Source: an uncultured Clostridia bacterium (GTDB lineage: Bacteria; Bacillota; Clostridia; TANB77; CAG-508). Taken from it: a stretch of DNA of 64,000 nt. A model generated the notes under the pieces. The model saw only the letters and a program-made list of their open reading frames with translations. It searched no databases and was not told the DNA's origin. The stretch covers positions 29,754 to 93,753 of the forward strand of contig CAKPJK010000001.1 of assembly GCA_934162615.1 (NCBI GenBank), in the 5' to 3' direction. A program made the translations under genes and the position numbers. Shown in pieces: positions 9,950 through 21,100 of the stretch; position 1 is the first letter of the stretch, and each line of letters begins with the position of its first letter.

Positions 9950-10300
9950 ATGAAAAAAACAATGAAAATACTTGTAACAGTATTAATTGCACTTATATTA
10001 GTAACTTTTTGTAGTAGTGTATTTGCTGCTGAATTATCACCTTCTGATTTGGATTCAAAAATTAAATATGGTGAATCTGATGCTTTAGCAAATAAGGCAG
10101 GACAAATAATGGGTATGATAAGAAACATAGCAGTAATTGCTGCAGTTATTATATTAATGGTATTAGGTGTTAAATACATGTTAGGTTCTGTAGAAGAAAA
10201 AGCAGAATACAAAAAATCATTTATGCCATTAATAATAGGTATTATATTAGTTGTATCTGCAACAGCAATTGCATCATTTATATTTAACATGGCAAAATAA
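9950..10300 (+). CDS. VirB2/TrbC-like pilin candidate, paralog 3
   Basis: SD GGGAGG. Signal peptide ending VFA. Hairpin AAVIILMVLGVKYMLGSVEEKAEYKKSFMPLIIGIILVV. Confidence 0.65.
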   Translation: MKKTMKILVTVLIALILVTFCSSVFAAELSPSDLDSKIKYGESDALANKAGQIMGMIRNIAVIAAVIILMVLGVKYMLGSVEEKAEYKKSFMPLIIGIILVVSATAIASFIFNMAK

Positions 10301-10317
10301 TTAAAGAAAAATTTAAA

Positions 10318-10350
10318 AAGAATAATTCTTTCAAGAATTATTCTTTTTTT
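10318..10350 (+). terminator. Strong rho-independent terminator after the pilin genes
   Basis: Near-perfect palindrome AAGAATAATTCTT/AAGAATTATTCTT followed by a T-run. Confidence 0.7.
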
Positions 10351-10538
10351 GGTTTAAAACGCCAAAAGTAAACATCCCTATATAAAATATTTAAAATGCT
10401 TAAAAAACGATATTACAAAAATGTTACAAATATATTAAATTTCCACTTTTTTTGCTAAAAACTATACAATTATCCACAGGTTTATGTTATAATATATATT
10501 GTATAATTATAATAAGAAAGATACGGAGGAAAAAGAAA

Positions 10539-10892
10539 ATGCAAAGCTATGAAATTCCAAGAAATTATAAAGGAGAAGGAAGAATATTATATATATTTTC
10601 TACAAAAGGATTAATATATACATGTGCTGGAGCTGGAATAGGACTAATATTTTATTTTATATTAAAAATGCTTGGTTTTTCTATGGTTGGACTTATAATT
10701 ACTCTAATATTTGCAGTAATAGGATTTGTAATAGGGACATTAAAAATACCAGAATCTTCTTCAATGGAGTTAACAAGAAAAACGGGTGGAGAAAATATAG
10801 ATGATGTAATTATAAGATGGATTAAATTCAAGAAAAATGGCAACAAGATATATGTATATAAACCAGAGGAGGAAACAAAAGATGGAAAGTAA
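10539..10892 (+). CDS. PrgI/TcpE-like (VirB3-like) small T4SS membrane protein
   Basis: True start is ATG 10539 (SD GGAGG); the track ORF starts upstream at an alternative codon. Begins MQSYEIPRNYKGEGRILYIFSTKGLIY, then two TMs, as in PrgI-family proteins that precede VirB4. Confidence 0.55.
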   Translation: MQSYEIPRNYKGEGRILYIFSTKGLIYTCAGAGIGLIFYFILKMLGFSMVGLIITLIFAVIGFVIGTLKIPESSSMELTRKTGGENIDDVIIRWIKFKKNGNKIYVYKPEEETKDGK

Positions 10893-12117
10893 TCAATTAA
10901 TTAATTTATTAACAATAATATTAGGAATAATGATTGGAATTTTATGTATACTTTGTGTAACATTTTTAGTATTAAAATTAAAAAGCAGAGAACATAAAGA
11001 AAAAAAGGTTGTAAAACAACAAGAGGAAAATGCTAAAGTCAAAGCGAAAACACTTACACCACAAAATTATACAAAAGAATCAATATTTAAATTTATGGAA
11101 TTTGATAAAATTGATGATAATATGGTTATACAAAAAGGTGGAAAGAGATTTTTAATGGTTATAGAGTGTCAAGGTATTAATTATGACTTGATGTCTGGGC
11201 TAGAAAAAAATAGTGTAGAACAAGGATTTTTACAATTTTTAAATACTTTAAGATATCCAATACAAATTTATGTACAAACAAGAACAGTAAATTTAGGAAA
11301 CAGTATTAATACATATAAAGAAAGAGTTGATGATATTTCTAAGCAGTATGCTGAAAAACAAATGCAATACAATCAAAAAATTCGTTCTGGACAATATACA
11401 GATGAAGAGTTAAGTAAAGAAAAATATGAATTAATAAGACAAAGAAATTTGTATGAATATGGTATTGATATAATTAACAATACAGAAAGAATGAGCTTAA
11501 ATAAAAATATATTAAGTAAACACTATTATGTAATAATACCATATTATCCTGATGAAGCATCAAATGGAGCTTATCAACAAGATGAAATAACAAGTTTAGC
11601 ATTTTCTGAATTATATACAAAAGCACAATCAATTATAAGTTCACTTGCAGTTTGTGGAATAAATAGCAAAATATTAGATTCAACAGAACTTGCAGAATTA
11701 TTATATGTTGCATACAACAGGGATGAATCTGAAATGTTCAACTTAAGAAGAGCAATGAATGCTGGTTATGAAGATTTGTATTCTACAGCTCCAGATGTTT
11801 TAAATAAGAGAATGAAAGAACTTGACATAAAAATTGAACAAGATGCAATTAAGAAAGCAAATGAAACAATTTATGATGTAATTGAAGATAATGAAAAACA
11901 AAGAAAGATAAAACAAAAAGAAGCAGAATTAGATGAATTAATTGATCAAATGGCTAAAGCTCTAATTGAGGAAAATAAAAGATCTATAGGAGAAGATACT
12001 GCAGAGGCTGCTATAGAAAAGATAGATAAAGATAGCAAAAAGAAAACAAAAGAAGGAGGAGAAGAGGATGGCAAAAAAACAAAAACAACAAGAAGAAAAT
12101 CAACAAGAACAATTTAG
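10882..12117 (+). CDS. T4SS-associated membrane-anchored protein with coiled-coil/basic tail, function unknown
   Basis: ATG 10882 with SD GAGGAGG; overlaps the previous gene by 11 nt. N-terminal TM. The segment FLMVIECQGINYDLMSGLEKNSVEQGFLQFLNTLRYPIQIYVQTR resembles N-terminal regions of Gram-positive VirB4-type ATPases (from memory, unverified). No Walker A. Confidence 0.5.
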   Translation: MESNQLINLLTIILGIMIGILCILCVTFLVLKLKSREHKEKKVVKQQEENAKVKAKTLTPQNYTKESIFKFMEFDKIDDNMVIQKGGKRFLMVIECQGINYDLMSGLEKNSVEQGFLQFLNTLRYPIQIYVQTRTVNLGNSINTYKERVDDISKQYAEKQMQYNQKIRSGQYTDEELSKEKYELIRQRNLYEYGIDIINNTERMSLNKNILSKHYYVIIPYYPDEASNGAYQQDEITSLAFSELYTKAQSIISSLAVCGINSKILDSTELAELLYVAYNRDESEMFNLRRAMNAGYEDLYSTAPDVLNKRMKELDIKIEQDAIKKANETIYDVIEDNEKQRKIKQKEAELDELIDQMAKALIEENKRSIGEDTAEAAIEKIDKDSKKKTKEGGEEDGKKTKTTRRKSTRTI

Positions 12118-14029
12118 AGAATATAGAGAAGAAGATGTTTCAATATTAAAAAAGAAATCTATAAAAGAATTAATAGCTCCATCAGGAATAGATGCTTCAA
12201 ACATTGACCATTTAGAGATAATATCTAATACAAAAAGATATGCTCGTAGCTTTTTTGTATCATCTCTTCCTAGAATGTGTACATTCCCAGAATTATTTAG
12301 AGATTTATATATGTTTGGAGATACAAATACATCAATATATATAAATCCTATAAAAGAGGATAAATCTCAAAATGATTTAAATAGAGTCATAAATGAACTA
12401 GAAACAGAAAGAATTGTTGCAGCAGACAAAGGAAATATAAATAGGGAAAGTACAATTTCACAAAAAAGAATGGAGGCAGAGCAATTAAGAGATGAAATAG
12501 CAGCTGGATTTAATAAATTATTTGAAGCATCTATCATTTCTACACTTTTTGCATATAGTTTGGAGGATTTGGATAGATATACTAAGTTGTTATCTTCTGA
12601 AATGTCAAAAACATTAGTTGGAATTAAAACAGCATGGGGAATGCAAGAAGATGCTTTTAAATCTAACTTACCTTTTATGAATGACAGAATTAATAAAACA
12701 CATACATTTGACAGAAATTCAATGGGAACTGTATTTCCATTTACGACATCAGAAGTTGGACATCCTACAGGTGTTCCATTAGGGTTTAACAAACAAACAG
12801 GTACACCAATATTGTTTGATAATTTTCACTCATCACTTACAAACTATAATATGGTTATATTTGCAAAGTCTGGAGCTGGTAAATCTGTAACAATGAAAAC
12901 ATTGATTTCAAGGTCATCTGTTTTAATGGGAATTGAAAGTTTAGCACTTGATGCTGAAGGTGAGTATACAATTGTGGCAGAAAGTTTAGGTGGAATTAAT
13001 GTTGTAATAAGTCCAACATCAAAAACAGTTATAAATTTGTTTGATGTTGAAACTGAAATTATTAAAGATGAAATAACAGGTAAAGAAAGAGTAACTTTAA
13101 ATATAGAAAATAAGGTAGAGGATGTTACACAGGCTTTACTTACTATGGCTAGAGGTAGTACTCGTTCTGATGAAGTAAATGAATTGACAAAGCAAATTAT
13201 TGCAGAGTCTGTTGCAGAAGAATATGCGGCTTTAGGTATTAATAGTAATCCAGAAAGCTTGTATAAACAGTCTGCAGGAGTTATGAGAGGTAATATTTTC
13301 TCTAGGGAGAAAAAAGATATGCCTACAATTGGCTCTTGGTATAGAAGAATTCAAGGAAAGGCTAGGGAAAATACTAATTCAGACTATCAATATCATTACA
13401 GTTATTTATTAAAAGTTATGAAACAATACATAAGAGAATATGATGGACAAATGGCTTATTTTGATGGACAGTCAACTTTTGAGTTGTTAGAGGGTGCACC
13501 ATTTATAAACTTGGATATTTCTCAGTTGGAAGAAAGATTTGCAAGACCCCTTGCACAACAAATTTTACTTTCTTGGATTTGGGAAAAATTCGTTAAGAAA
13601 AATAGTGAAGACAGAAAAAAAGCTACACAAAAGAGAGTTTTAGTTGATGAGGCTTGGATGTTATTGCCATATCCTGAGGCTGTTGACTTTTTAAATAAGA
13701 TGGCTAGACGTGCGAGAAAAAGAAATGTTTCCTTGGCTATTGTTTCTCAAAGATTTCAAGATTTCTATGAGAAACCTGAGGCTCAAGCAGTTCTTACTTC
13801 TTCAGATACAAAACTATTTTTAGCACAAGATAAATCTGAAATACAATACTTAAAAGAGGTGTTTAAACTTTCAGAAGGTGAGGCTAACTTTTTGGTTACT
13901 TGCCAAAAGGGTGAGGGATTACTTAAAGTTGGTGCTGATTCGGCTATTTTAAAAATTATGCCGACTAAGAAAGAGTTTGAGTTTGTTGAGACAAACTTGA
14001 ATCAAATTGCAAAGAGAAATAATGCGTAA
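12068..14029 (+). CDS. virB4: VirB4-family T4SS ATPase (TrsE/TcpF/ConE-like)
   Basis: Walker A FAKSGAGKSVTMK, Walker B RVLVDEAWMLL (DEAW). 653 aa. Start overlaps the upstream gene by 50 nt; SD GGAGGAG. Confidence 0.9.
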   Translation: MAKKQKQQEENQQEQFREYREEDVSILKKKSIKELIAPSGIDASNIDHLEIISNTKRYARSFFVSSLPRMCTFPELFRDLYMFGDTNTSIYINPIKEDKSQNDLNRVINELETERIVAADKGNINRESTISQKRMEAEQLRDEIAAGFNKLFEASIISTLFAYSLEDLDRYTKLLSSEMSKTLVGIKTAWGMQEDAFKSNLPFMNDRINKTHTFDRNSMGTVFPFTTSEVGHPTGVPLGFNKQTGTPILFDNFHSSLTNYNMVIFAKSGAGKSVTMKTLISRSSVLMGIESLALDAEGEYTIVAESLGGINVVISPTSKTVINLFDVETEIIKDEITGKERVTLNIENKVEDVTQALLTMARGSTRSDEVNELTKQIIAESVAEEYAALGINSNPESLYKQSAGVMRGNIFSREKKDMPTIGSWYRRIQGKARENTNSDYQYHYSYLLKVMKQYIREYDGQMAYFDGQSTFELLEGAPFINLDISQLEERFARPLAQQILLSWIWEKFVKKNSEDRKKATQKRVLVDEAWMLLPYPEAVDFLNKMARRARKRNVSLAIVSQRFQDFYEKPEAQAVLTSSDTKLFLAQDKSEIQYLKEVFKLSEGEANFLVTCQKGEGLLKVGADSAILKIMPTKKEFEFVETNLNQIAKRNNA

Positions 14030-14053
14030 AGTATGTCAGGAGGTTTAAACTTT

Positions 14054-17000
14054 ATGAAGATTTTTCAAAATAAAAGTTTGTTTAAAAAGTTAATTATTAT
14101 ATTTTTGGTGATTACAATTTTTAGCTTTTGTATGCCTAAGGTTTCGAGGGCAGGTGATTTAGGAGGAAAGTTGCTAAACCCAATAATGTCATTTTTTGTT
14201 GCATTAGGTGATGGAACTATGACTATTATACAAAAAATGGTTTTACAAATTGATGAGAGTGTAATAAATATTGATTCTTCATCAAGTTTTTGGGCTAAAT
14301 TTATAGTTATAATTGCTGCGATAGCTGTTGTTTCCGTAATAGTAATTGCAACTGTAATGACTGCGGGTGCTGCCGATGCCGCCATGATTGGACTTGGCAC
14401 GGCGTTAAAAGGAATAACAGCAGCTGCAATAGTTATAGGGACAACGACTGTTACTTTTCCTATAACTACGCAAATAGTAGAGGGAATGCTGCCAGATAGT
14501 TTTATTTTACCACTGTATGAGGTAACACCTCAAGAAATTTTCTCTAATAAAATACCTTTGCTAGATGTCGATTTTTTTAATCCTATGGATGATCAAACGT
14601 ATACAAAAGCAGCAGAAACAAAAAAAGTTAAGGAAGATGATACAACAGAACATATACTTACTTATATAAAAGATGAATTAAAAAATAATTATGGTTATGA
14701 TGAGAAAAAAGCAGAGTCTATGAATATAGATGATAAAAATAGTGATCCTAGTAAATATGTACAAAAGAAATGGGATTATGATGGAAGAACATATGTGTTT
14801 GCATATTGTGAAGGAGAATCAGAGGACTATTTAGTTACTAGATATGAAAAGGACGGTAAGAATCCCCAATGGTTAAAAGACGAAGAGAATGATTCATCTA
14901 GCTATGGTAGAAAATTGACATGGAGTGATGGAAAAAACTCTGCATGGAGAAATGGAAATGCTGAGGTTAGTATAGAAGGTGAGGAAAAAACTGTAACAGT
15001 AAAAGATGAATCAAGTATTACAATTACGTCTACTGCTAAAGAGCTAAGAACAATTGTTGCAAATTGGTATAATATTTTAAGAGATATTGCATTAGTTACA
15101 TTATTATCTGTATTAGTTTTTATTGGTATAAAAATATTAATATCTAGTACTTCTGGAGAAAAAGCAAAATATAAACAAATGTTAGTAGACTGGTTAGTCG
15201 CAATGTGCTTGCTGTTTTTAATGCAGTATATTATGTCTTTTTCAAATATGTTAGTAAAAAAAGTTATTGAAGTTGTGGATACAACTAGCGTTTCAGCTAC
15301 TAAAGCTACAGAAATAAAAGAACCAAATATTTTTGTAATAACAGATAAAAATAAAGTTCAAAAAGCATATGAAGTTCTTATTGGAGATGGTGGAGAAGAA
15401 AATGCGTATTCTAAGTATTTCTTAGAAGCTGATTATTCAACTCCTGCTGTAAGTAAGAGCGATGCTGTAGCATTGGCATGGCCTGCAGAAAACTTTATGC
15501 AACAAGCTAGAATTAATGCGCAGTTAAGAGAAGTTAAACAAGATGCGGATGGTAATTATGACACTGATGACGTTAATGAAACATATGTTGCTATAGGATG
15601 GAAGCTGATTTATGTTGTTTTAGTAATATATACTGTAATATTTATTTTTACATATGTAAAAAGGGTATTATATATGGCATTTTTAACCATTATTGCTCCT
15701 TTAGTAGCTATGACATATCCAATTGATAAAATAAATGATGGAAAAGCACAGGCTTTTGACATGTGGTTTAAAGAATATATATTTAATTTATTAATACAAC
15801 CATTGCATTTAATTTTATATACGGTTTTAGTTGGCTCTGCAATGGAATTTGCAAGTAAAAACATTATTTATGTTGTAGTTGCCTTAGGCTTTTTAACACC
15901 AGCTGAAAAATTGATGCGTAGATTCTTTGGATTTGAAAAAGCACATACTCCTGGATTATTAGGGGGACCTGCTGGTGCAGCTATTATGATGAGTGGTATG
16001 AATAAATTATTAGGAAAAAGAAGTGATTCAAAATCTTCTGGTTCATCTTCAAATGGAGGTTCTGAAGATGGTGATGAGGATAAATCTAGTTTGAGGTTTA
16101 ATGATAATTTTGATAAAACAGGAGCATTTTTAGGCAAAGGACCTCAAGAACTTGAAAATAAATTGGAAAATAATAATGATGATCAAAAATTAATAGATTT
16201 ACAGAAACGAAAAGAAGAGGCAGAAAATGAAATTAAACAAAATGGTGCTGGAAAAAAGGAAGCAGAAAATGATTTAATTAGCATAAATAGTGAAATGAAA
16301 AAAATAAATGAATCTAAAAATGGTAAAGTAGAGCAAAGAGAAGGTGTTTCAAAAAAGGATGCTCTTCAGTTATCAAAATGGGATAATTTCAAAAGAACAA
16401 TAAAATTGGGTGGAAAATCATTGGCTAGAGCAGGAAGATATTATGGGCATAAGAAATTATCTAACGTTGGTAAAAAAATACAAAATTCTCATCCAGGTAG
16501 AACAATATTGAAATCGTATGGAGGACTTGCGGCTGGTACTGCTGGAGTTATTTTAGGAGGAATTGCTGGAGGAGATCCAACAAAGGCATTCCAATATGGG
16601 GTTGCTGGTGCTACAGGTGGATATAAGGCAATGGATGCTGTTTTACCAGAATTTGGATCAGACGAAGACTATAAACAGGCAAATGAATTAAGAAAAGAGA
16701 CTTTTTATGGTGATGAATATGATCAAAAGAAACTAGAGAAATATATAAAACATCAAAAACAAGACTATGATAATAGAGTACAAATAGAAACAGCTCTGGG
16801 AAGTAAAAAATCAGCAGATGAGTTTATAAAAAATGATATGGGCGAGTATATGAAGAATGGTGTTACTGATATAGACGAAATGATGACTTTAAATAGTATG
16901 GTACAAGATGGAACGTTTACAGATAGAAATATGGCTATTGCAACAAGAAAATATGCTAAGAGAGCTGGATCAAAAATTGGAAATATGAAACAAAAAGATC

Positions 17001-17137
17001 AAGATGAATGGCATAAGACATTTGCTAAAGAATTTAGTGAAAATCCTCGATTAAGAAAGGAAAATCTTGATGCTGATAAAGAAGCAGATAAAGTTATAAA
17101 ATTAACTAATACTTATTTTGATAGAATGAATGAATAA
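14054..17137 (+). CDS. VirB6/TrbL-like polytopic T4SS channel protein with long hydrophilic C-terminal domain (alternative start 14033)
   Basis: SD AGGAGG before ATG 14054. Signal peptide ending VSRA. At least 6 TM segments in the central region; coiled-coil Lys/Glu-rich C-terminus. Immediately downstream of virB4, as in Tn916 orf15 and ICEBs1 conG. Confidence 0.6.
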   Translation: MKIFQNKSLFKKLIIIFLVITIFSFCMPKVSRAGDLGGKLLNPIMSFFVALGDGTMTIIQKMVLQIDESVINIDSSSSFWAKFIVIIAAIAVVSVIVIATVMTAGAADAAMIGLGTALKGITAAAIVIGTTTVTFPITTQIVEGMLPDSFILPLYEVTPQEIFSNKIPLLDVDFFNPMDDQTYTKAAETKKVKEDDTTEHILTYIKDELKNNYGYDEKKAESMNIDDKNSDPSKYVQKKWDYDGRTYVFAYCEGESEDYLVTRYEKDGKNPQWLKDEENDSSSYGRKLTWSDGKNSAWRNGNAEVSIEGEEKTVTVKDESSITITSTAKELRTIVANWYNILRDIALVTLLSVLVFIGIKILISSTSGEKAKYKQMLVDWLVAMCLLFLMQYIMSFSNMLVKKVIEVVDTTSVSATKATEIKEPNIFVITDKNKVQKAYEVLIGDGGEENAYSKYFLEADYSTPAVSKSDAVALAWPAENFMQQARINAQLREVKQDADGNYDTDDVNETYVAIGWKLIYVVLVIYTVIFIFTYVKRVLYMAFLTIIAPLVAMTYPIDKINDGKAQAFDMWFKEYIFNLLIQPLHLILYTVLVGSAMEFASKNIIYVVVALGFLTPAEKLMRRFFGFEKAHTPGLLGGPAGAAIMMSGMNKLLGKRSDSKSSGSSSNGGSEDGDEDKSSLRFNDNFDKTGAFLGKGPQELENKLENNNDDQKLIDLQKRKEEAENEIKQNGAGKKEAENDLISINSEMKKINESKNGKVEQREGVSKKDALQLSKWDNFKRTIKLGGKSLARAGRYYGHKKLSNVGKKIQNSHPGRTILKSYGGLAAGTAGVILGGIAGGDPTKAFQYGVAGATGGYKAMDAVLPEFGSDEDYKQANELRKETFYGDEYDQKKLEKYIKHQKQDYDNRVQIETALGSKKSADEFIKNDMGEYMKNGVTDIDEMMTLNSMVQDGTFTDRNMAIATRKYAKRAGSKIGNMKQKDQDEWHKTFAKEFSENPRLRKENLDADKEADKVIKLTNTYFDRMNE

Positions 17138-17157
17138 AAATTAGGAGGACTATAATT

Positions 17158-18108
17158 ATGTATAATTTAATTAGATTTTTTAATCAAAACAGAAAGAAAA
17201 TTATAAAGATTATACTGATTATAGTCTTTATAATTGGAGTAATACAGGTATTGAATTTTATATCAAAAAGACAAAATACTTCAAATGTGGAAAATATTAT
17301 GACACAAAATATAAATTATGGGGATGAGGTTATTTCTTCTAAATCACCAGTAACAGGTAAATCAGTTTCAAAAACTGATTTAAAGAATGCATCTAATATA
17401 ATAAAACAATTTATTGATTACTGTAATAATGGTGATTTGGAATCGGCATATAATCTTTTAACTGATGAATGCAAAGAAGAAATGTATCCAACATTAAATG
17501 ATTTTAAAAATATTTATTTTAACTATACATTTGGAGGAGAAAAGAAAACATATACAATTGAAAACTGGCTAGATAATGTTTATCAAGTAAGAATTACTGG
17601 AGATATATTATCTACGGGAAAAATAGATAATACCGTAACAAAACAGGATTATGTAACGATAGTTGAACAAGATGATGGATATAAATTAAATATTAATAGT
17701 TATGTTGGAAGAAGTAAACCTAACAAAGTTACAAAAATAGATGATATAAAAGTAACAGTGACTCAAGTTGATTCTTATATGGATCATAAAGAGTACAATT
17801 TAATTGTAGAAAATAATTCATCTAATGATATTTTATTAGATACAGGTGATGATACAAAATCAATATTTCTATTAGATACAAATGATAAAAAGACATATTT
17901 TTTAAGTAATGAAATAATCTCAAACCAACTTATAGTACAAAGTAAATATAAAACAAGTTTAAAAATTAAGTTTGCAAATGCATATGCTTCAAGTAATTCA
18001 CTAAAAAATATCGTATTTACAAAAGTAGTGTTGAATTATGATGAATACAAAAATTTAGATAATAAAAAGCAATTTAAAGATTTTGAAGAATTAAAAATAA
18101 AAATATAA
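17158..18108 (+). CDS. Membrane-anchored T4SS accessory protein, possible NTF2-like/VirB8-like fold
   Basis: SD AGGAGG. N-terminal TM. IKQFIDYCNNGDLESAYNLLTDECKEEMY segment, typical of NTF2-like domain N-termini. Confidence 0.45.
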   Translation: MYNLIRFFNQNRKKIIKIILIIVFIIGVIQVLNFISKRQNTSNVENIMTQNINYGDEVISSKSPVTGKSVSKTDLKNASNIIKQFIDYCNNGDLESAYNLLTDECKEEMYPTLNDFKNIYFNYTFGGEKKTYTIENWLDNVYQVRITGDILSTGKIDNTVTKQDYVTIVEQDDGYKLNINSYVGRSKPNKVTKIDDIKVTVTQVDSYMDHKEYNLIVENNSSNDILLDTGDDTKSIFLLDTNDKKTYFLSNEIISNQLIVQSKYKTSLKIKFANAYASSNSLKNIVFTKVVLNYDEYKNLDNKKQFKDFEELKIKI

Positions 18109-18130
18109 AATTGATAAGGAGGGTAATATA

Positions 18131-21100
18131 TTGGAAAAATTTAAAAAGATATTAAAATCAATTTTTTCTTTTAAGTTAATAATTTTAGTAATAGTTATTG
18201 TATTAATTATATTTATTATATTATCTTCTGGTTTTTATTTTATAACTATAGATGATGGTGAATGGGAAGATGCAGAATTTGGAAATCCATCAAGTTATAC
18301 AGAACATGTTAGTGTTAGTGGAGAGACTGGATTAGCTGTTAGTAAGAGTGATTTGAAGACAACCGCATTAAAGGGGTTAAAATATACTGATGAACAAATT
18401 GCAAGTATGTCTGATGAAGAGGTTATAGAGAAACTTCAAATTAATCGAAAATTAAAGAAAAGTCCAAAAGTTAAAAGTTTAGATGAAGTTACACAAGCAG
18501 AATTATTATGGTGTATGAATGATGTTTATTCTAAATATTTAGATAAACCTGAAGAATTAGAAAAATTGTTGAATGCAGAAATAATAACTCAATATCCTGA
18601 TTTAGGTGATGCTGAGGGAAAACTGAATGGTATTATAAAATTTGAAAGACATAAAGAAGATGGTTCATCTGAATTTCTTACATATGTTGATTCAGGAACT
18701 TTTGACAAATATGTTAATGATGGAGATAGTAAGGCTTTAGATTATTTTACTTTAGACGATACGGGAAATGTTGTAATTGCTTCGATAAATACAACAACAG
18801 AAACTTTAGGTTTAAATGATAGCGAAGCGAAGATAAGTGATTTTACTGCAAATTTAAGTGAAGAAAATAAAAATGGTGATGGTAGTTATAAAAAAGTAAC
18901 TAAAAATGTTTCAAAACAGACAATATATTATAAAAACTATGTTCAGGATTATACATTACCGTTTAACTATTTATGGTCATTGTTAATTATTGGAGAAGAT
19001 AAAGAATTTGTAATGGAATTGGCTGAGTTAGCAGAAAATAGTGAAATTACAATTTCTATTTATGATAATATAACAACGAATACTAATACTGATGTTTATA
19101 CATATAAAAAAGAGACAAGAACGGATACATATGTAAGAGTTACTCCATCAACAACGTATGGAATAAAAAATGTTCCAACAAAAGGATATTGGTGGCCAGC
19201 AGATAAACTTACTGATGCTGGAGCTACAATTGGTGTTGATGATTGGAAAAATGATGCTGATTATGAGACAGATGAAACAGAATATAAGATTACCCATACT
19301 GTGAAGTCTGATATTAATGCGCCAACAATTGCTTTAACTAAGGCTAATGTATGGATTGTTGATTATAGTGTTGAGTATACGTATAAAGAGGCAGAAGTCG
19401 TATCAGATGATACAAATTCAAAGGAAGAAGAGGATACAGATTTTGTATTGGATTCAGATGCATCTGGAGATTCTGATAGTAATAGTGCTTTATTAAATTG
19501 TGAACATGCACAAGAAATGACAAGAAAAACAAGAAAATATATTGAAGATCATAAGCCAGATACGACAACTAGTAGATCATCTTTTTCAATAACTGGGACA
19601 AGTTCTGGAACGAATAGTAAAAAAGATAATTCGGTTTTTGATTCTGTAATTAAAGAAGATGTGAAAACAGATACAAATTCAAATTTATTACATCCTTCTA
19701 AAAAGGATGATACAACAAAAAGTGATTCAAGTAGTAGTAAAGAGGATGTACCGACTACTGTTCCGGAACCTCTTCTTACAGTACTACCTAGTTATGTAAG
19801 ATGCGATAAATATAAACATAAAATCGATAGAAAACAAACTACGACTTCAACAACAACACAACAAAGTTATGTTGCTCAAACACCTGTAAGTAATCCTAAG
19901 GATGATAAGGATGCAGATACTGATAATTTTGTTAAAATTTTATGTAACAAAAAACATAAAAAAGCAAAAAATTATCTAACAGATGGAACTACAACATCTT
20001 GGCTTTGGGAGATTATGAGTGTGAACTGTTCTGATAAGCTTATTGATTTAACAAAATATTTATTTTATAAAGCAACTGGTACTAATTTTGGAAAAAAAGA
20101 GTATGAATATACTGGATTGGAACCACCTGTTTCTGTTGATTATTCAAAATTTGTTGGTGATTATATAGTAAAAACAAACGATCCAAATGCTGCACCTGTT
20201 GTGAATGATAAATTAAAATTAAAAGCGGGGTTAGAGGTATGGCTTAGAGATGCAAGTACTCAAAAGGCTAATGCACTTTCTATTGTAGATAAGGTTTTTG
20301 AATGCCAAGAAAAATATAATGTTAATGCTATTTTCATTTATGCCTTTTTAAGAGACGAATCAGGAATTGGATCTGCAAACTCAACGGCAGTAAAACAAAA
20401 TAACTGGGGAAGTTGGAATGTTGGAGCATCATATCCATCACCACAAGAAAATATAGAAACAATAGCAAAAGGTATTTCGACAGGAAGTTTTTATTTTACA
20501 AAAGGAAATATATCTGTTGCATCTATAGGAAAAATTTATTGTCCTAATGAGCCGGCTCATCCTGCTCAAGGGGATTTATGGATTGAAACAGTTCAAAAGT
20601 TTATGACACAATTATATGGAGCAATGGGAATAAGTGTATCTACAGAAACTAGTGGAGGAACTGTTGCAGAAGGTGGAGTTGGAACAATAGGTGTTTACCA
20701 GTCTGGAAGTGGATCTAAGTTTAACTTATATTTGCAAGGAAGTGGAGCACCTTGGGCAAATGAGGATTATGGTAATGACCATAGTATGGCTAAAGCAGGA
20801 TGTGGGCCAACTGCTGCTTCAATAATATCAAGTGGATATAATGCAAGTATTAATCCTAGTACATTTAGAGCTAAAATGATTCAATTATATGGAACGGGAA
20901 ATCATTCATCAGCAACATTAATTGAAAAAGCATTTAATCAATTGGTTCCTGGAGTTAAGACAGAAACTACGACTTCATTTGACGAGAATAAAATAAGAAA
21001 TTGTTTAAAATCTGGAGGTCAAGTTTGGCTTGTAGTATCTCATTGTAAATATACATCGGGGGCACATTGTATTGCACTTATTGATTATAATTCAAGTAAT

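Noticed and set aside
10470-10478. Perfect DnaA box TTATCCACA upstream of the T4SS core operon
   Set aside because: A single isolated 9-mer. About one such match per window of this size is plausible by chance, and no second box is nearby.
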